Below, one piece after another: positions 25,439 through 39,300 of a DNA stretch of 64,000 bases. Position numbers and translations under genes: made by a program. The stretch comes from Rhizophagus irregularis. Taxonomy: Eukaryota. Numbering within the stretch: position 1 is the first letter of the stretch; each line of letters opens with the position of its first letter. The stretch spans positions 1,302,001 to 1,366,000 of the forward strand of contig NC_089436.1 in the NCBI RefSeq assembly GCF_026210795.1. The letters are read 5' to 3'. Under the pieces are notes generated by a model. That model did no database searches. It was not told the DNA's origin and saw nothing but the letters and a program-made list of their open reading frames with translations.

Positions 25439-26428
25439 TAGAAGTTGGTAAAAACCTTAACCGGTTAGCCAAGGGACATAGGTTAATTAACCGGCCGGTT
25501 AATATAAAAAATTCTAAAATTTCTTTGGGCTGCGAATTCACAGATTTGTAGATGGGAGATTATATTTCATGAATAGTGTTTTTTTAAAAAAAAAATTTAC
25601 AAAAAAACTTCGAACTTGCGGAACACATGTCCACAATTGCGTAAGTTATTACATAACAAGAAATAAATTTATAGGGGAAGCTAGAAGCATAGCAGCAATA
25701 TGTTGATCGTAAATATAAAAAACTTCTACACTTAAACAATTTCTTCATCCAAGTATTATTAATTTTGTTTGGAGATCAAATTTTCTATAATCGTATCTTT
25801 TTTCAAATTAGATTATTCATCATAACTATAAGTTTAATGTGACTGTAATTAATTAAAATGAAATATTTAGAATTTTCTTTTGCAGATAATTTTTTTTTTT
25901 ACAAAAAAATGTGAATCTAATCAATAACATTGCGTTTATCAAATAAATAATGATCGACATACCCTTTTAATAAAATCGTGAATCAAACGTTTTCGATTAT
26001 ACTATATATAGTTAAGCAATATTGATTTGATTATTTTAATAATCCATTGCTATATTTTTTATATTTATTATTTTTAAAATTAATAATTGATAGAATTATG
26101 AAACCAATTAAAATTTGAAACTATTATAATTTGTTCCGTTTCAGGTTCCATAATATTTTGCATATTGTGTTACCAATCATCCCAATCATCTATACAGAAT
26201 ATCTTCACGTGAACAAATAAATATCCCGATCTATAAATTTCGGGATAAAAAATCATTTAATTTGAGAAAATGATCTGCATAGTATTTTAACCGACTAAAT
26301 TAATCGGTTAATTAATCGGTTAATTTAGTCGGTTAATTTAGTCGATTAACCGTTTTTTGATACTTCTAACCGATTAACCGCCTTAACCGATTAATTAATC
26401 GATTAACGTTAATCGGTTCCAACCTCTA
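25439..26428. mobile_element. hAT-like non-autonomous element
   Basis: Imperfect 12-bp TIRs TAGAAGTTGGTA / TTCCAACCTCTA, dense subterminal TTAACCG/CGGTTAA repeats at both ends; no clear 8-bp TSD. Confidence 0.55.
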
Positions 26429-28868
26429 CGCCAAACATTTGTAAGAAAATTTTTAAAACAATTCATTTATTCAAAAAAGTATTAATTTGATTAAATATAC
26501 GGCTAATTTATTTAACCGGCCTGTTTATTCATACGGCTTATGTGGCTGAATCAAAATCAAATTGTACAATACGTGAATGGTGTATTAATAATATACCAAT
26601 TGATATTTGACTTTCAAATATAGAAAAAAAAGAATCAAAAAATTCAAGAAAATTCCTTTGATTTCCAATTATAACTTACCATAAATAAAACAATTAAGCT
26701 GATTATTATTGTTGGTTTTTTACTCATTTAATATTATCTACTTGAATGATACATCTATATAAATTACATGCTGAATAAGAATAATCTCGAATTTAATTAT
26801 AGTGTTGTTAAACGAAATGGGTAGGTCAAATGATGAATAATTAATTACTGATAAATTAATTACATATTTAAATTCTTTATTAAACAAAGAAATAATTTTT
26901 CTTTGTTCTTATGGTGTAACTTTTTTTGGAAAATCATTATAACCATAAATAGTAACACATATACAAATTAAATTAATTTGGATAAAAATATAAGATTAAT
27001 TTATGAATCTTTTATCGATTTATATTATTATGAAACAACGCATATATTTTGTTTTAGCTTTATGAAGGGCTTTACGGTATTTCATTAAAAATGAAGATAA
27101 TAAGATAATTGTTTCATGTAATGAATACAATTTTCCATGCCTGATGTCATATGAAAAATAGATTCAAATGTTTTTTCATATAATAAAGTTTAAGTATTCC
27201 TAAATAATTTTACAGATTATCTAATACAGATTTCGTTGTTTTCAGTATGAAAATGTGAAGACTGAGTTTCATTAAGTCTAGCATTTAAAGCGAATGAATC
27301 AAATTTGTCGTGATTCTAATCAAAGATTCACTTCCGTTGCTTGAAATGCTGTCCTCAGATAATTTTCACAAAGTTTATTATTTGAAAGATTCTATTAATA
27401 GGTCGAAAATATTCGAAACGACAAACAGGTCAACTATTTGACCTATTTATTGAAAGTATGAATGAAAAATATTTATATATTTACTTATCACTTAATTTCT
27501 ATTACGCGACATAACGTTAATTTTAATGCAATATTTGTCAGAAATAGTTACCTTCGTATTCATTCATGAAACAAAAATCATCTAATCTAATTTTTCAATT
27601 ATAACATGCTAATTAATCTTGTTTATCGTTCTAAATTTTATTACAATGATTCTTTCACCAATAAACTCTTGCATTTAATTAATTAGAATGAATATCGAAA
27701 AAAGAATTTTTTTTTTCTTTGCATGTGCCAATTTAAAAATATCATTCGTTCATCAATTAGTTAAGTTCACGTGAACTTCATGAGAATTTTTTGACGTAAT
27801 CGCGTGATAGTTGATAGATTATTTTAAAGTTAGTAACACAAAATAATACAATTTATATACCTGTTTAAAAAAAAGTAGTTAATTCTATGGTGATGATTTT
27901 TTGACAGTTTGAAGATTCCTGCACATAACAATTTTTAAGCACTCACCCCATTACAACCTTCGCTAGAATGCTTCACTCATATGAAATGCACTATTACGGA
28001 TGCTGATCATATTAATATATGATTTTAAATCCTACAGATTTCGTTTTAATAGTCTACAACTTAAAAAAAAAAAATTTTTGATAATTTTTTTTTATTGAAA
28101 ACATTGAAAACAGCAAAAGTATTTATTATACCATTACCACTATTAATTAAACGTAAATTTTTTCTTTTTTTTTGGAAAGTTAAAGAGACAAATTTTGGAA
28201 CAAAATTTAGAAGAAATTTATCGATCTTTGTTACGCACGTATGATCAACAAAACAACAGCGTGATTAATTTAATTAAACTTGCATGTGTCACTAACAGTG
28301 AAGGCTTAAAAAACATATAAAAGTAGCTAAAAATTATCCATTAAGCTCAGAGCTGAACTCCTCTGTCCTCTTCCATTAAAAAAAAAAACTAAACATTTTT
28401 GTTAATTGTAAGTTTTCCATTTAATTTCCGATAAGTTTGTGTTTAAGAAATAAAATTGGTTTGTTTGTATTTTCATCTTGCGTGATGGAAATAACTTCCG
28501 TGCATAACGTAAATGTGATTGACTTAACCCCTCATATGTTTAATACGATATTAAGTCAAGTCTGTACTTTGTCCGCTCTCGCAGCACCACGTGATATTTG
28601 GTGACACACCCGATGTACACTGTATATTTTAGTTATTTGGTAAGGGCTGAGATGCAAAGCAATCTCGGATGATATAATATTCACCCAATAACTTGGTCAT
28701 ATAGATAAGATGGATCTGTAGATCCTCTCAGGAGTAATATTTCACTATAAATATACATATGAGTGTGAAGCGGACGCGAATTGAATATACAAACAAACCA
28801 TTTATAAATCAATTTTTTAATGGCTTGTGTAACTTACCAAATTTTTTTTTTTTTTAGAATGCCTAAAT

Positions 28869-30224
28869 ATGTCTTCTCGACAAAATGAAAATGGGGAAGA
28901 TTATATGGATTTTATTAAGAATGAGTCAAAAACAAAGTCGAATATTGACTTTGGAAAATGTTTAGATTGTGGGAAGGAACGAAGTAGCGTTGGATGGTGT
29001 AAAGATTGTGAAATTAATGCTCTAAAAAATAATTTTAAAAACTGGACGAGTGGAAATATTAATATGGATAATTTTATTAAACACACACAGTTGCACGCGA
29101 ATGAAAGTGTGGATTACTTGGAATATGTTAATTTCGACCAATTTGATCTCATGGAAGACACAAATAAAGGAGGCGCATTTAGCACAATTTTTTCAGCAGT
29201 TTGGATGGAAGGTCCTAGATGGGTATGGGATGAAGAAGCTGAAAAATGGACACGTAATGGACCTGTAAAAGTTGCTCTTAAGAGACTTAACAATTCACAA
29301 AATATTAGTGAAGAATATTTTAAACAAGTAATATATAGTTTTAAAGTGTTTTATTTATCATTGAATATTTGAATTTTATGAGTTTATTTTAATTTACATA
29401 ATTTTTTATAGCTTTATGAATCTCATCGAAGCTTACAAAGCGGAAATACTGCAGATTGTTATGGAATTACAAAAGATCTTACTTCAAACTACATGTTCGT
29501 AATGAGATATTATGAGAATGGAGATTTGCATTCATATCTTGATAAAGCACAAGGAATGCTGTGTTGGAGAGATATTGTAGATATGCTTTGGGGGATATCG
29601 GGTGGGATTGAAAATATTCACGAAAATGGATTAATTCATGGGTATCTTCATGGAGGTAATTTATTGGTTGAAAATGAACTAGGCTCAGTCAATATATGTA
29701 TCGCGGATGTAGGATTACATGGTCCAATTGACAAAAAAGGTACCAATAAAATATATGGAGTTCTTCCTTATGTTGCTCCTGAAGTCTTGAAGGGAAATCT
29801 ACCAACGATGGCTTCGGATATTTATAGTTTTGGAATTATTATGTGGACTCTTTCCGCGGGTACTCGTCCATGGTGCGATAGACCGCATGATCTCAGATTA
29901 GCTAATGAAATTTGCTTTGGTCTTCGCCCTGAAATTATTGATGGAACTCCAAAAGTTTATATTCAATTAATGACACAATGTTGGCATCCTGATCCTACAA
30001 AACGTCCTACTGCATCTAAATTGTCTGAATTATTAGGAAGCTGGACAATTGCTATTTGTGATGACCCAGAACCATCTGAATTATCTGACCAATTTAATAT
30101 TGCTGAAGAGAAAAAATTCTCAGATTCAGAGCAAAATAAATTTCAACAACAAAAAATCCATCCCCAAGCTTTTTATACGAGCAGACTCTTGTATTTTCCT
30201 GAATTAATTAACATTTCGTCATAA
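28869..30224 (+). CDS. K3: divergent TKL-family predicted pseudokinase, 2 exons (28869-29327, 29412-30224), ~423 aa
   Basis: 84-nt GT..TAG intron at the same position as in the paralogs; VALK, HGYLHGGN, DVG, APE. Confidence 0.9.
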
Positions 30225-31006
30225 TGACGATTTGAAATTCCTTGCAAAAAGAAAATCTAATTCGACGACAATGATTATATTCAAACTTTTTCGTTTTCTT
30301 CATGAATATATAAGGTTATGATAAAAAATTTGTTTTATGATATAATATATAAAAAGATTATAATATGTATATAGATTATTCTCGTTTCAAAAAAGATTAT
30401 AGAATATTTCGTTTCTTTTAGATGTTCATTAATTATAAGTAATTATTCGTATGATTCTTTATCTTCAATCGTATCTTTAAAATTTGAATCAATAGTATAT
30501 GAGATTTTTAAACCCACTTTGTAAACTTTTATTTTTTAAGCTTTATTCTATTTATTTTAATATTTTTTTTTTTAATATAAAAAAATTTCATTGAGCCAAC
30601 TTTTTTTATTTTTTTAATTATAACATCAAGATGTAACTTATTAATAAAAGATAAGTTAAATTTAAATATTTAAATATATGTAAATTTTATGAGAACCATA
30701 TTAGAAAGCAAGTTTGATAATAATTTTTAAATTTCTGTTTTTTCAATAAGTTAACCAATATTAACTTTATTTTTTTTTTAACGTACAAAATAAGTATTAA
30801 TTTTAGAGAATATCAAAATATTACCACTAGTGTTTTCACCAGTCTAATTTTTTGAATTTTATAAGATGAATATTAAATTAGAAAGCTGTTTTTCAGATAA
30901 TTTTATCATTTTTAGAAAAATGCCAGAATTTTAATTTTTAATTTTTTTACTTTGTTTTTTGTTATTATAGTTAACATTAAAATCAATATTTGTTAATAGT
31001 ATAAGA

Positions 31007-31299
31007 CTAGTTTTCTCCCCATGTGATTTAACCCAGGTAACATCACCTACGTAAAATTAAATCATGTAGATTAGTTAGGGTTAGAGTTAGGGTTAGGGAT
31101 TGGGTTAGGGTTAGGGTTAGGGTTAGGATTAGGGTTAGGATTAGGATTATGGTTAGGTGTTAGGATTAGGATAAGGTTTGGGTTCGCTGGAGTTATTAAA
31201 TTTGATGATGTCATTTTAAAAATAAAATTTCCAGTTATAATAGTTATTTTTTAGTACAGGTGATGTCACCTAGGTGACATCTCCCAGAGAGAAAGTTAG
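31007..31299. mobile_element. Inverted-repeat element enclosing telomeric repeats
   Basis: ~42-bp ungapped imperfect inverted repeats (..AGGTAACATCACCT / AGGTGATGTCACCT..); 20-bp perfect palindrome at 31262-31281. Confidence 0.6.
31075..31182 (+). repeat. Interstitial degenerate (TTAGGG)n array, ~18 units
   Basis: 7 perfect TTAGGG plus TTAGGA/TTAGAG/TTATGG variants. Confidence 0.9.
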
Positions 31300-32139
31300 C
31301 AAAATTCTTGTTAATATACTATTTGTTGATTAGTATTTTTAACTTTAGCCAAAATTATAAACCAGTATTTAACCAATTTGTAATTTTTCGCCAAAATTAA
31401 AGTGGTAAGATTACTGGTAGTGATAATTACCACTGGTGATACCTTTAATTATATTAGCATGAAATATAAATTACTATATGATATCATGTGTCATAACATT
31501 CCTATATGTCTTTATAGAAAAAAAATCCAGAAAATATACAGGTATGACTGAAAATATTCAGATGTAATAGAAAATATACTAGATTTTAAAATAACTGCTA
31601 TTTCAAAATTTGGTATATTTACTGTTTATACTTAGATATTTTCTGTATATATCTAGATGCTTTACTATCAATGCCTGTTTTTTTGATAGTATATTGCAAT
31701 CCTTTTATTATACTTACAGTCATATCAGACCTTCCTTACAACATACATATATCAAAAGACCTTGGCATGCAAACGGTTCCTCATTTGACTCCCCGGTCGC
31801 TGGTCCTAGTACTAAATAATTTTTTTAGTCTTTTATTTTTTTCTTTTTTTTATTATTTTTATAATGAGTCACTTTTTATTAGGATAGTTCCTTTTATATT
31901 TTCATGCATCTACACATTATACATCTACCTCAAATTTCTATGTTAATGTGTATTTACATGCATACTTTCAAAACAATTTAGAATAGTGTGAATCACTCCA
32001 CTTATAACAGTACTATTGACAGGTGGCGGCTTAAATGCCGAAAGTAAAATATGGATCTTATTAATTTTTTTTTTTAGGGTTGTCTTATTTTTCTTTAGTT
32101 CGTCACGACATTGGTCATGCTTAATGTTATTTAGTTCAT

Positions 32140-32285
32140 AAATAACGAGCAGGACGATCACTCTCGGGTGGTTGGACTTTCCATGTAGTTTAGGTTTTAT
32201 TAGACTTTTAGTTTATGTTTTACCTTTATTTTGTAAAGTTCCCGTCGTGTCTATATTTTAAAAATAAAAATAAAAATAAAAAAAT
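32140..32285 (+). mobile_element. Possible 3' end of a 5'-truncated non-LTR retroelement
   Basis: GC-richer stretch, then a T-rich stretch, ending in a (TAAAAA)4 tail; no TSD or RT motif seen. Confidence 0.3.
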
Positions 32286-32369
32286 CATTATGATCGAAAT
32301 TAATTTTCATTAATTTTCTCAAACTGACCCGTTCCCAGTCTATAAACTTCTGTTCTAGACTTCAGTTGT

Positions 32370-32476
32370 CCCTATAAAAATCTTCTGGAAAAACTCCGAT
32401 AAATGATCATTTTCCTAGTTTTTATTCCGAAGAAACTTAGGCATGTGATCATTTCTCTGAAAAATTTTTTATAGGG
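32370..32476. mobile_element. 107-bp MITE, CCCTATAAAAA TIRs
   Basis: CCCTATAAAAA ... TTTTTATAGGG; right flank TAT matches the left flank TAT of the paralogous copy at 557-559. Confidence 0.75.
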
Positions 32477-32634
32477 TATGGTAACTGAATAAATTAAATT
32501 TGTTATCGACTTATTTTTTTTTATATTTTTTATATTTAAATTTTTGACATATGATATATAGGACATAAAAATGTTTATTTCATACATCTGTTATTCATAT
32601 TATAACGCGGAACTTTTCCGTTTTTCGTTAAATA

Positions 32635-34662
32635 CCCTATAAAAAATTTTTTTTGGATGTATTCCGATTTTTATCTGGTTTATGTATTCCGAAAATTTTC
32701 CGATTTTTATTTTCCGATTTTACTACGGAAAGTGATCACTTTTCGGAATGATAATTACAGATTTTACCCGAAATTGCTCGGTAAATTTTATGAATGTAAC
32801 CGGAATATTGTCAGATGTTTTACAATATATATTATCCGAAAGTACTCAGAAAAAAAATTTATTGAATATTACAGATTACAAGTACTTTTTATTTATATTT
32901 ATATTTTCTAGATATTATCTGAAAGTACTTATCTATGAGTATATGAATAATAATATTCTATCTTTTTGCTTTCTTTGATTTTTGCGAGTAGCAATTTGGT
33001 TATTAGTTGTTTTTTTCTTTTGTTGAACTTGATCTCGTCATTATAGTTGAACTTTTATTGCCTCCTATATTTATTAAATTATAAATTGTAATATTATAAA
33101 TATTATAAACACTAACAAAAAATAAATTTACCGGAATTTCTTGAATCCTTGTATTTGTGAAGTTACTAATTGAACATCAGCTCTTCTTTCAGTAAGAATT
33201 ACATTTGAAGATGCTTCAATAATTGTTTAGAAGGAATTGATGCAGATTTCTCCTTAATAACTTCGGGTGAGGACAATTGGACATTAATATCAATACTTGA
33301 TGATGATTTATCAGGAATTGGTGCTCGTGAATTTGGCCTTGTTTTCTTGAGTTTTAGATTAGGGGAGTGATATTTTTTCGTTTGGAAGGTGGATCAATAC
33401 CTTGTAAATGAGCTTCTTTAACTTTTCTCTTGCGTTCATCAGTTTCAGCTATAAAATTTATATTAATATCAGATAAAATTGTACATAATAATAACGTATT
33501 ACTAAATAATTACCCTAATTTCCAATGATATTTCAGTCATTTTTTGCAAAACAAAGTCAATAGGAAATGTTGGAAAATTGGTTTTAAACTAAATAACAGT
33601 TTAGAAAGTTAGTTAGGTTTAAGAATATGGATGATATAAATATATAACTTACATTATTAATGACATTTTGAATTTTACCCAAAGTTTGTTCTGATGCATA
33701 TTTTCCTTTTTCACAAATAGCACTTAGCTTCAGTTATCACGAAGACTTCTCAAAATGTAAAATTAATACTTGCCCGATAAGTCCAATATGTATCATATGA
33801 TAAATAGAGAAAATCTTTCCAGTCCTCTTTTGGTCATTTCATTTTTTCATTCTTCTTTGGTAATAGGATTTTGTATTAAACCACGTGGAAACTAACAATT
33901 ACCGTATTATTAATATTACTAATATAATTTTATCACTAATCTTATATTTGAAACATTTTTTGTATTTAATTATAATGTCTGCTGTAGGAGTATTTGATGG
34001 TATAACAGTAGAAATAGGCGTTGGAGTTGGCGATCATCATATCATAGCAGCTTATTCTAAATTTGTTATAATATCTAAATAAAAGTAATATTATGGTAAA
34101 TTCAGAATATTTAAAAATTTCAATAAATCTTTATCCTCGAACTACTACTCAAATAATATTGCTTACTGTTATAATTTTATATTTACTGTTAATATGTTAA
34201 TTTTTTTATTTTTTTGAATATTTTATAAATATTATTGTAGTAGTAATATTAAAAAAAAATAATAAGAATTAAGTTCTAAAAAGCAAAGATACGCTTTTAT
34301 TTATACTTTTATACTTCAATGATCATTTATTGCGAGCTTATTTTTTCTATAGATTAAAACTAAACGCGTTTTTTAAACTTATATACATGTTTTTAAACGC
34401 GTCCACTTATATTGATAAACTTTTTAATTTAACTAATTTATTAAGTGATCTACATGAAATTGTTTTCCGAAGTATTTTCAATTTAAATATAAAACTGGAT
34501 TATTTTCGGAATATTTCTAGAAATTTTCATTTATGTTAAATTCCTAAAATTTGACTAAAACAACATTCGCAATATAATCAGAATATTTTCAGTAATATTC
34601 GGAACATTTTCAAAACATTCGGAAAAAAATCGGAGTGTGCTGAATAAAAATTTTTTATAGGG
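32635..34662. mobile_element. 2.0-kb DNA transposon with 17-bp perfect TIRs and 3-bp TSD; decayed intron-containing ORF inside (minus strand, ~33000-34080)
   Basis: TIR CCCTATAAAAAATTTTT, TSD ATA (32632-32634, 34663-34665), subterminal TTCCG/CGGAA repeats; absent from the paralogous flanks of K1 and K2. Confidence 0.8.
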
Positions 34663-35031
34663 ATAATTAACTTAAAGTTTTAATTGATGAGACCGAAAAT
34701 TATCAAATTAATCTTAATTTTTGTGTTAAAGATCCTTAAAGGTGAGAAATACATAATTAATTTCATAACAACACCCAAAATAAGATTTACCATAAATGTT
34801 AAAATTACGATTTAAGTTGTGACTTTGTGATTTTTATGAATAATGATAAAACGAAAAAAAAAGAATAAAACGAATTTTAGAAAAGGAATCTCTGGTGTAA
34901 CGAATCGGCGGTTGAACGGATTACGAAATAATATTTTTCAATCAAGGCATATTCTTTTCCTCCTCAATTTATTAACGATTTTAATATTCTATTTATGCTA
35001 AAGATAAATTTGTACTACGATGTATTCCTTT

Positions 35032-36362
35032 TTAAAGTTCCGAAATATTTAACAGTCGACTATAATAGATAGCTCTTTCATGACATGGTAAAGTGTTAAA
35101 GTGCAATTGTTCTAAGCTTGAGAATTTAATTTCTTCGGCAACGTTAAATTGATTGGATAAATCCGATGGATCAGGATCGTCGCATATTGTTGTGACCCAA
35201 TTTCCTAAACATTCGCAAAGTTGAGATGCTGTCGGTCTATTGGATGGATCAGCATCTAAACATTGTAACATTAATTTGGTGAAAACAGGTGGAGTTCCAC
35301 TAACTATATTCGGTCTGGTTCCTGAACAAATCTCTTGTATAAGTTGTGAATCATGAGGTCTATCACAATAAGGGCGTACACCAGCTGATAACATCCACAT
35401 GATCATGCCGAAGCTGTATATGTCAGACTCTTTAGTTAATGTGTATCCATTAAAGATTTCAGGAGCAACAAAAGGTATTACGCCGTAAATTTGTTTAGAT
35501 ATTTGTTTATCAACCCGACCGTGTAATCCTGTGTCTGCAATTTTAGCATCTATTGAATCCATTTCGCTATCCTCAACCAGTATGTTCCCTCCGTGTAAAT
35601 TTCCATGAGTAAGATCGCGTTCATGAATAAAATTAAGACCAGCTGATATGGTCCATAATAGATCTATAATATCTCTCCAGCAAAGGACTCTTGTGGATTC
35701 ATCAAGATACGAATATAAATTCCCATTTTCATAATATCTCATGACGAACATGTAACACGATGTCGGATCTTTAGTCATGCCAAAATAATCTGCAAGTGAT
35801 CTACTTTGCAGGCATTTATAATATCTATATAACTTTTGGTTAAACAAATTCTTAGCCAATTAAATTTATAATTAAGTTTGACCAATAATGAAAATTTTCA
35901 GCCATTTGGCGTTTTTATTTACACACTTACTTGATTTACGAACTCTTGATTTATGTTCTGAGAATTATCTAATCGTTTTAGGATGACTTTGACTGGACCG
36001 TTACGAGTCCATACTTCAGCTTCTTCGTCCAGAATCCAGCTTGGGCCTTCCATCCATATTGCGGAATAAATTGAGCTAAAAACACCTCGTTTATTAGTAT
36101 TCTTAACTAAATTGAATTGATTAAAATCAATCCACTCAAGGTACGTATTATCGTTTGTATTTAATTGAGTGTACTGGATGAATTCATCTATCATAGAGTT
36201 TCCGCTGGTCCAACTATTAAATTTTCCTTTCAAATTTGCAATATCGCAATTTTTGCACCATGCAGCGGAAGTTCGTTGCCTTTTACATTCTGGACAATTT
36301 CCATATGGTGCACTATTTATAGTGAAATCCTGAGACTCGAGGGTCGGATCGAACAAACGCAT
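35032..36362 (-). CDS. K4: TKL-family predicted pseudokinase, recent duplicate of K1, 2 exons (36362-35931, 35832-35032), ~410 aa
   Basis: 98-nt intron; HGNLHGGN, DTG; very similar to K1. Confidence 0.9.
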
Positions 36363-39300
36363 GACCTCCAGCTTTATTTTTTTCTTTTATTAGTTTTTGG
36401 TAAAAGTTTGCTTTTATTATTATTTTTATTATTTTTTTTTCTATCATAAAGCATTTATTTATATCAGCTTTGTCAGGAAAAAAAAAAAGGTTTAATCAAT
36501 TTAATTAGTTTATTTGAATACAATAAGTTCGTACTTCATATTGTTTTATCGCCGTTTATAGGACAAATAAATCTGGTGTGATATTAAAAAAGGTGTAACA
36601 TTGCAACGATTATTTAATAAGATTTGCCTCTTGCATGACACACAAGTAGTAGTGCACGAAAATTTCTGAAACCAGTAATAGGGATAATCTTAATACATAA
36701 TGTATAAAATGCGAAATTACGTAATTATCTCTGAAAATATTTACATTAAACTACATTAACTATATTAACTTTGAAAAAAACAATCTTTAGGAATAATGCC
36801 CATGAAACCATTGAAATAATAGATTTTTTTTAACGTCAAGAATGCCCACGAAGTAATCGCATTTTGATCGCATTTTTTTACATGTGAATATTGAATGAAT
36901 AAACAATACGCAAATAATGATTAATAATTTCCAAAGATTTCCAAATTCGATTATTTCATTTGTCAAAAATAAGATTTTCCGAAAATGCGACTAAAATTAC
37001 TCAGTTTTTGATTAATTCTTGTACTTTGATATTTATTTTATACTTTATACTTACCCTTTTTTAGTAGCAAATACTACGTTTTAGCTAATATCTATGTTGA
37101 TCTATTTAATCCATCTTATCTTGATATCTAAAAGTTTCACAGAAATCCGCATCACATTACATGAGCAGCGAAAAGAATATTGTATCTAAGATGTCGTGCT
37201 TCATTTTCATGAATTTATCGCAGCACAAAATTTAAAAAATTTATTACACGCGTCTCGGAAATAGTAAGATACGATAAGCGAGATACGAAATTATAAATTT
37301 TTTTTTTTTTGATTTTCAACTGTTACAATATAAGCTAGAAACGCTTTATTATTTAATTTATTATTTTTTTTTTGTTCACACACACAATTGAGTTCAAATT
37401 AATATTTCGAATAGTTTGGAAAATTTACGTGGCTGTTTTTTGCGTTTTTATCAAGAAAGGTGAAAAAATGAATTTAAATAAAGTACGACAAAATTATATA
37501 TTGCTGAAGGAAATCATTTAATTACGTAAGCTCTGTAAAAATGTTATACCCGGTTTGCCGATCAAATAAAATCGATACAATATATATCGTAAGATCCGTA
37601 TTTTTCTGTGTTCTATGAACATCCTTAATTTAATGTTTCGGGGGAATTCCAGAAAAAGAATTTTGTTAAATAAATATAAGATCCATATTTTTCTGTGTTA
37701 TAAAGAATTTTGTTAAATAAATAATAAACAAATATTACAGACATAAAACTGAATCAAAGCTACTAGTACTATTAATGTTGTACACATGGGATCCATGCAT
37801 AGCAGGAAAAAGTGGTTTATAGTATATGTTGCACGTAATTTGATTTTGTAGCCACAAGGCTTAGAATAGAGAATGAACGTAAAAAAAATAAAATAAATAA
37901 ATTTCGTTATCCCGCTTAAACTTTCTACTAATTCGGTAATATTTCGGTAATTTCCAAATATTTGGTTAAAAAATCGATCGGCACGCATATTTCTATTGGC
38001 TCTACGTATTTTGGTTCATTCTACGCACGGTACTGATATATAATGATTGGACGCCAAGAAAAGAAACGTGCATTGTATCCCGGATTATCCCGATCACGGA
38101 ATCATCCGATTGTAATTAGCGATTACAATGAGATAGTAGTTATATAATACTTTTTAACTCTATAGTAATCTTCCTAATTTCGACCTATAAGTTATTGCTG
38201 TATTACTTTCTGTATTAAAAGTTACCCTTTTGTATATAATTCTAACAAAAGTTACCGACGAAAAATTCATTTATTTATATTTACTTGCAAAGAATCTTAT
38301 GCTGAAACATTATTGTCTTTATGGAACTGAAGTTTTTTGTGGCTCGATAAATCGATAAGTGATAACTCGTATTATTAATAGAATAACGGATTATTTTATT
38401 TATTTAGATATTTTTGATTTAGTACTATCTCGATATCATTTCACTGATCTAAAGAAAGCAATATAAAATTCCAACAGGAACTTCTATCCACTAAAAGAAA
38501 GGAAATACCGAAGGTATTAAAATTTTAAAAATTCATATTTGGATTTTTAATTATTGCATGAAATATTTTTACGTTACGCCCAAAATGGAACTTCAAAAAA
38601 CAAATTCATTACCATTTACAGTACTTGTATTACTCATTATAGTATAATGGTACTTTTGAATTTAATTAATGTTATTATGAATTTATATGAACTAAATTAA
38701 ACTAAAATTATGTGCGTTAAATTTTAATTTTAAATAAATAAGGAAATTATCAGTAATTCTGACCAACCTGCGTCAACAACAAAATATAAAAATTTTTGCA
38801 TTATAATGTTAAATAAATCATTTTAAAAAATGGAAAACGAAAAGTACTGTTGCATGAAAGCACTCGATAATAATAATAATAATTAGATAAGTGAAAATTA
38901 ATTTTTCCATACGACCATGAATGACGAGAAAACGAAAATCAATTAAAATATAAAACAGATACATAATAATTATAAAAGGAAAGAAGTTTAGTGTTAAATA
39001 TGACCAAAATAACTGTCGGTATGTATTAACCTAAGATTTAAATAACATGAAGGCTTGACAATAACATCAGTATTCCCATAAGTTCATCGAAATACGAATA
39101 TAAATTCCATTATTTTTGTAATATCCCAACGAATAGTCGAATAACCAATAATCATAGTTGGTTTATGTTTTAATATTAAAATATCCATAGTCACGTTTGA
39201 TAGATTGGACAATAATAAATTTCAAGTATTTTATTCTTTTTATTCTTAACTACTAAGATTATTCATCTTTTATTATTTTTTGCAAAATTGAGATAAACCA

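Noticed and set aside
26285..26420. Short repeated TTAACCG/CGGTTAA units, and CGGATA units at 61310-61410, as possible CRISPR or iterons
   Set aside because: No constant repeat-spacer period; eukaryotic context; they fit transposon subterminal repeats.
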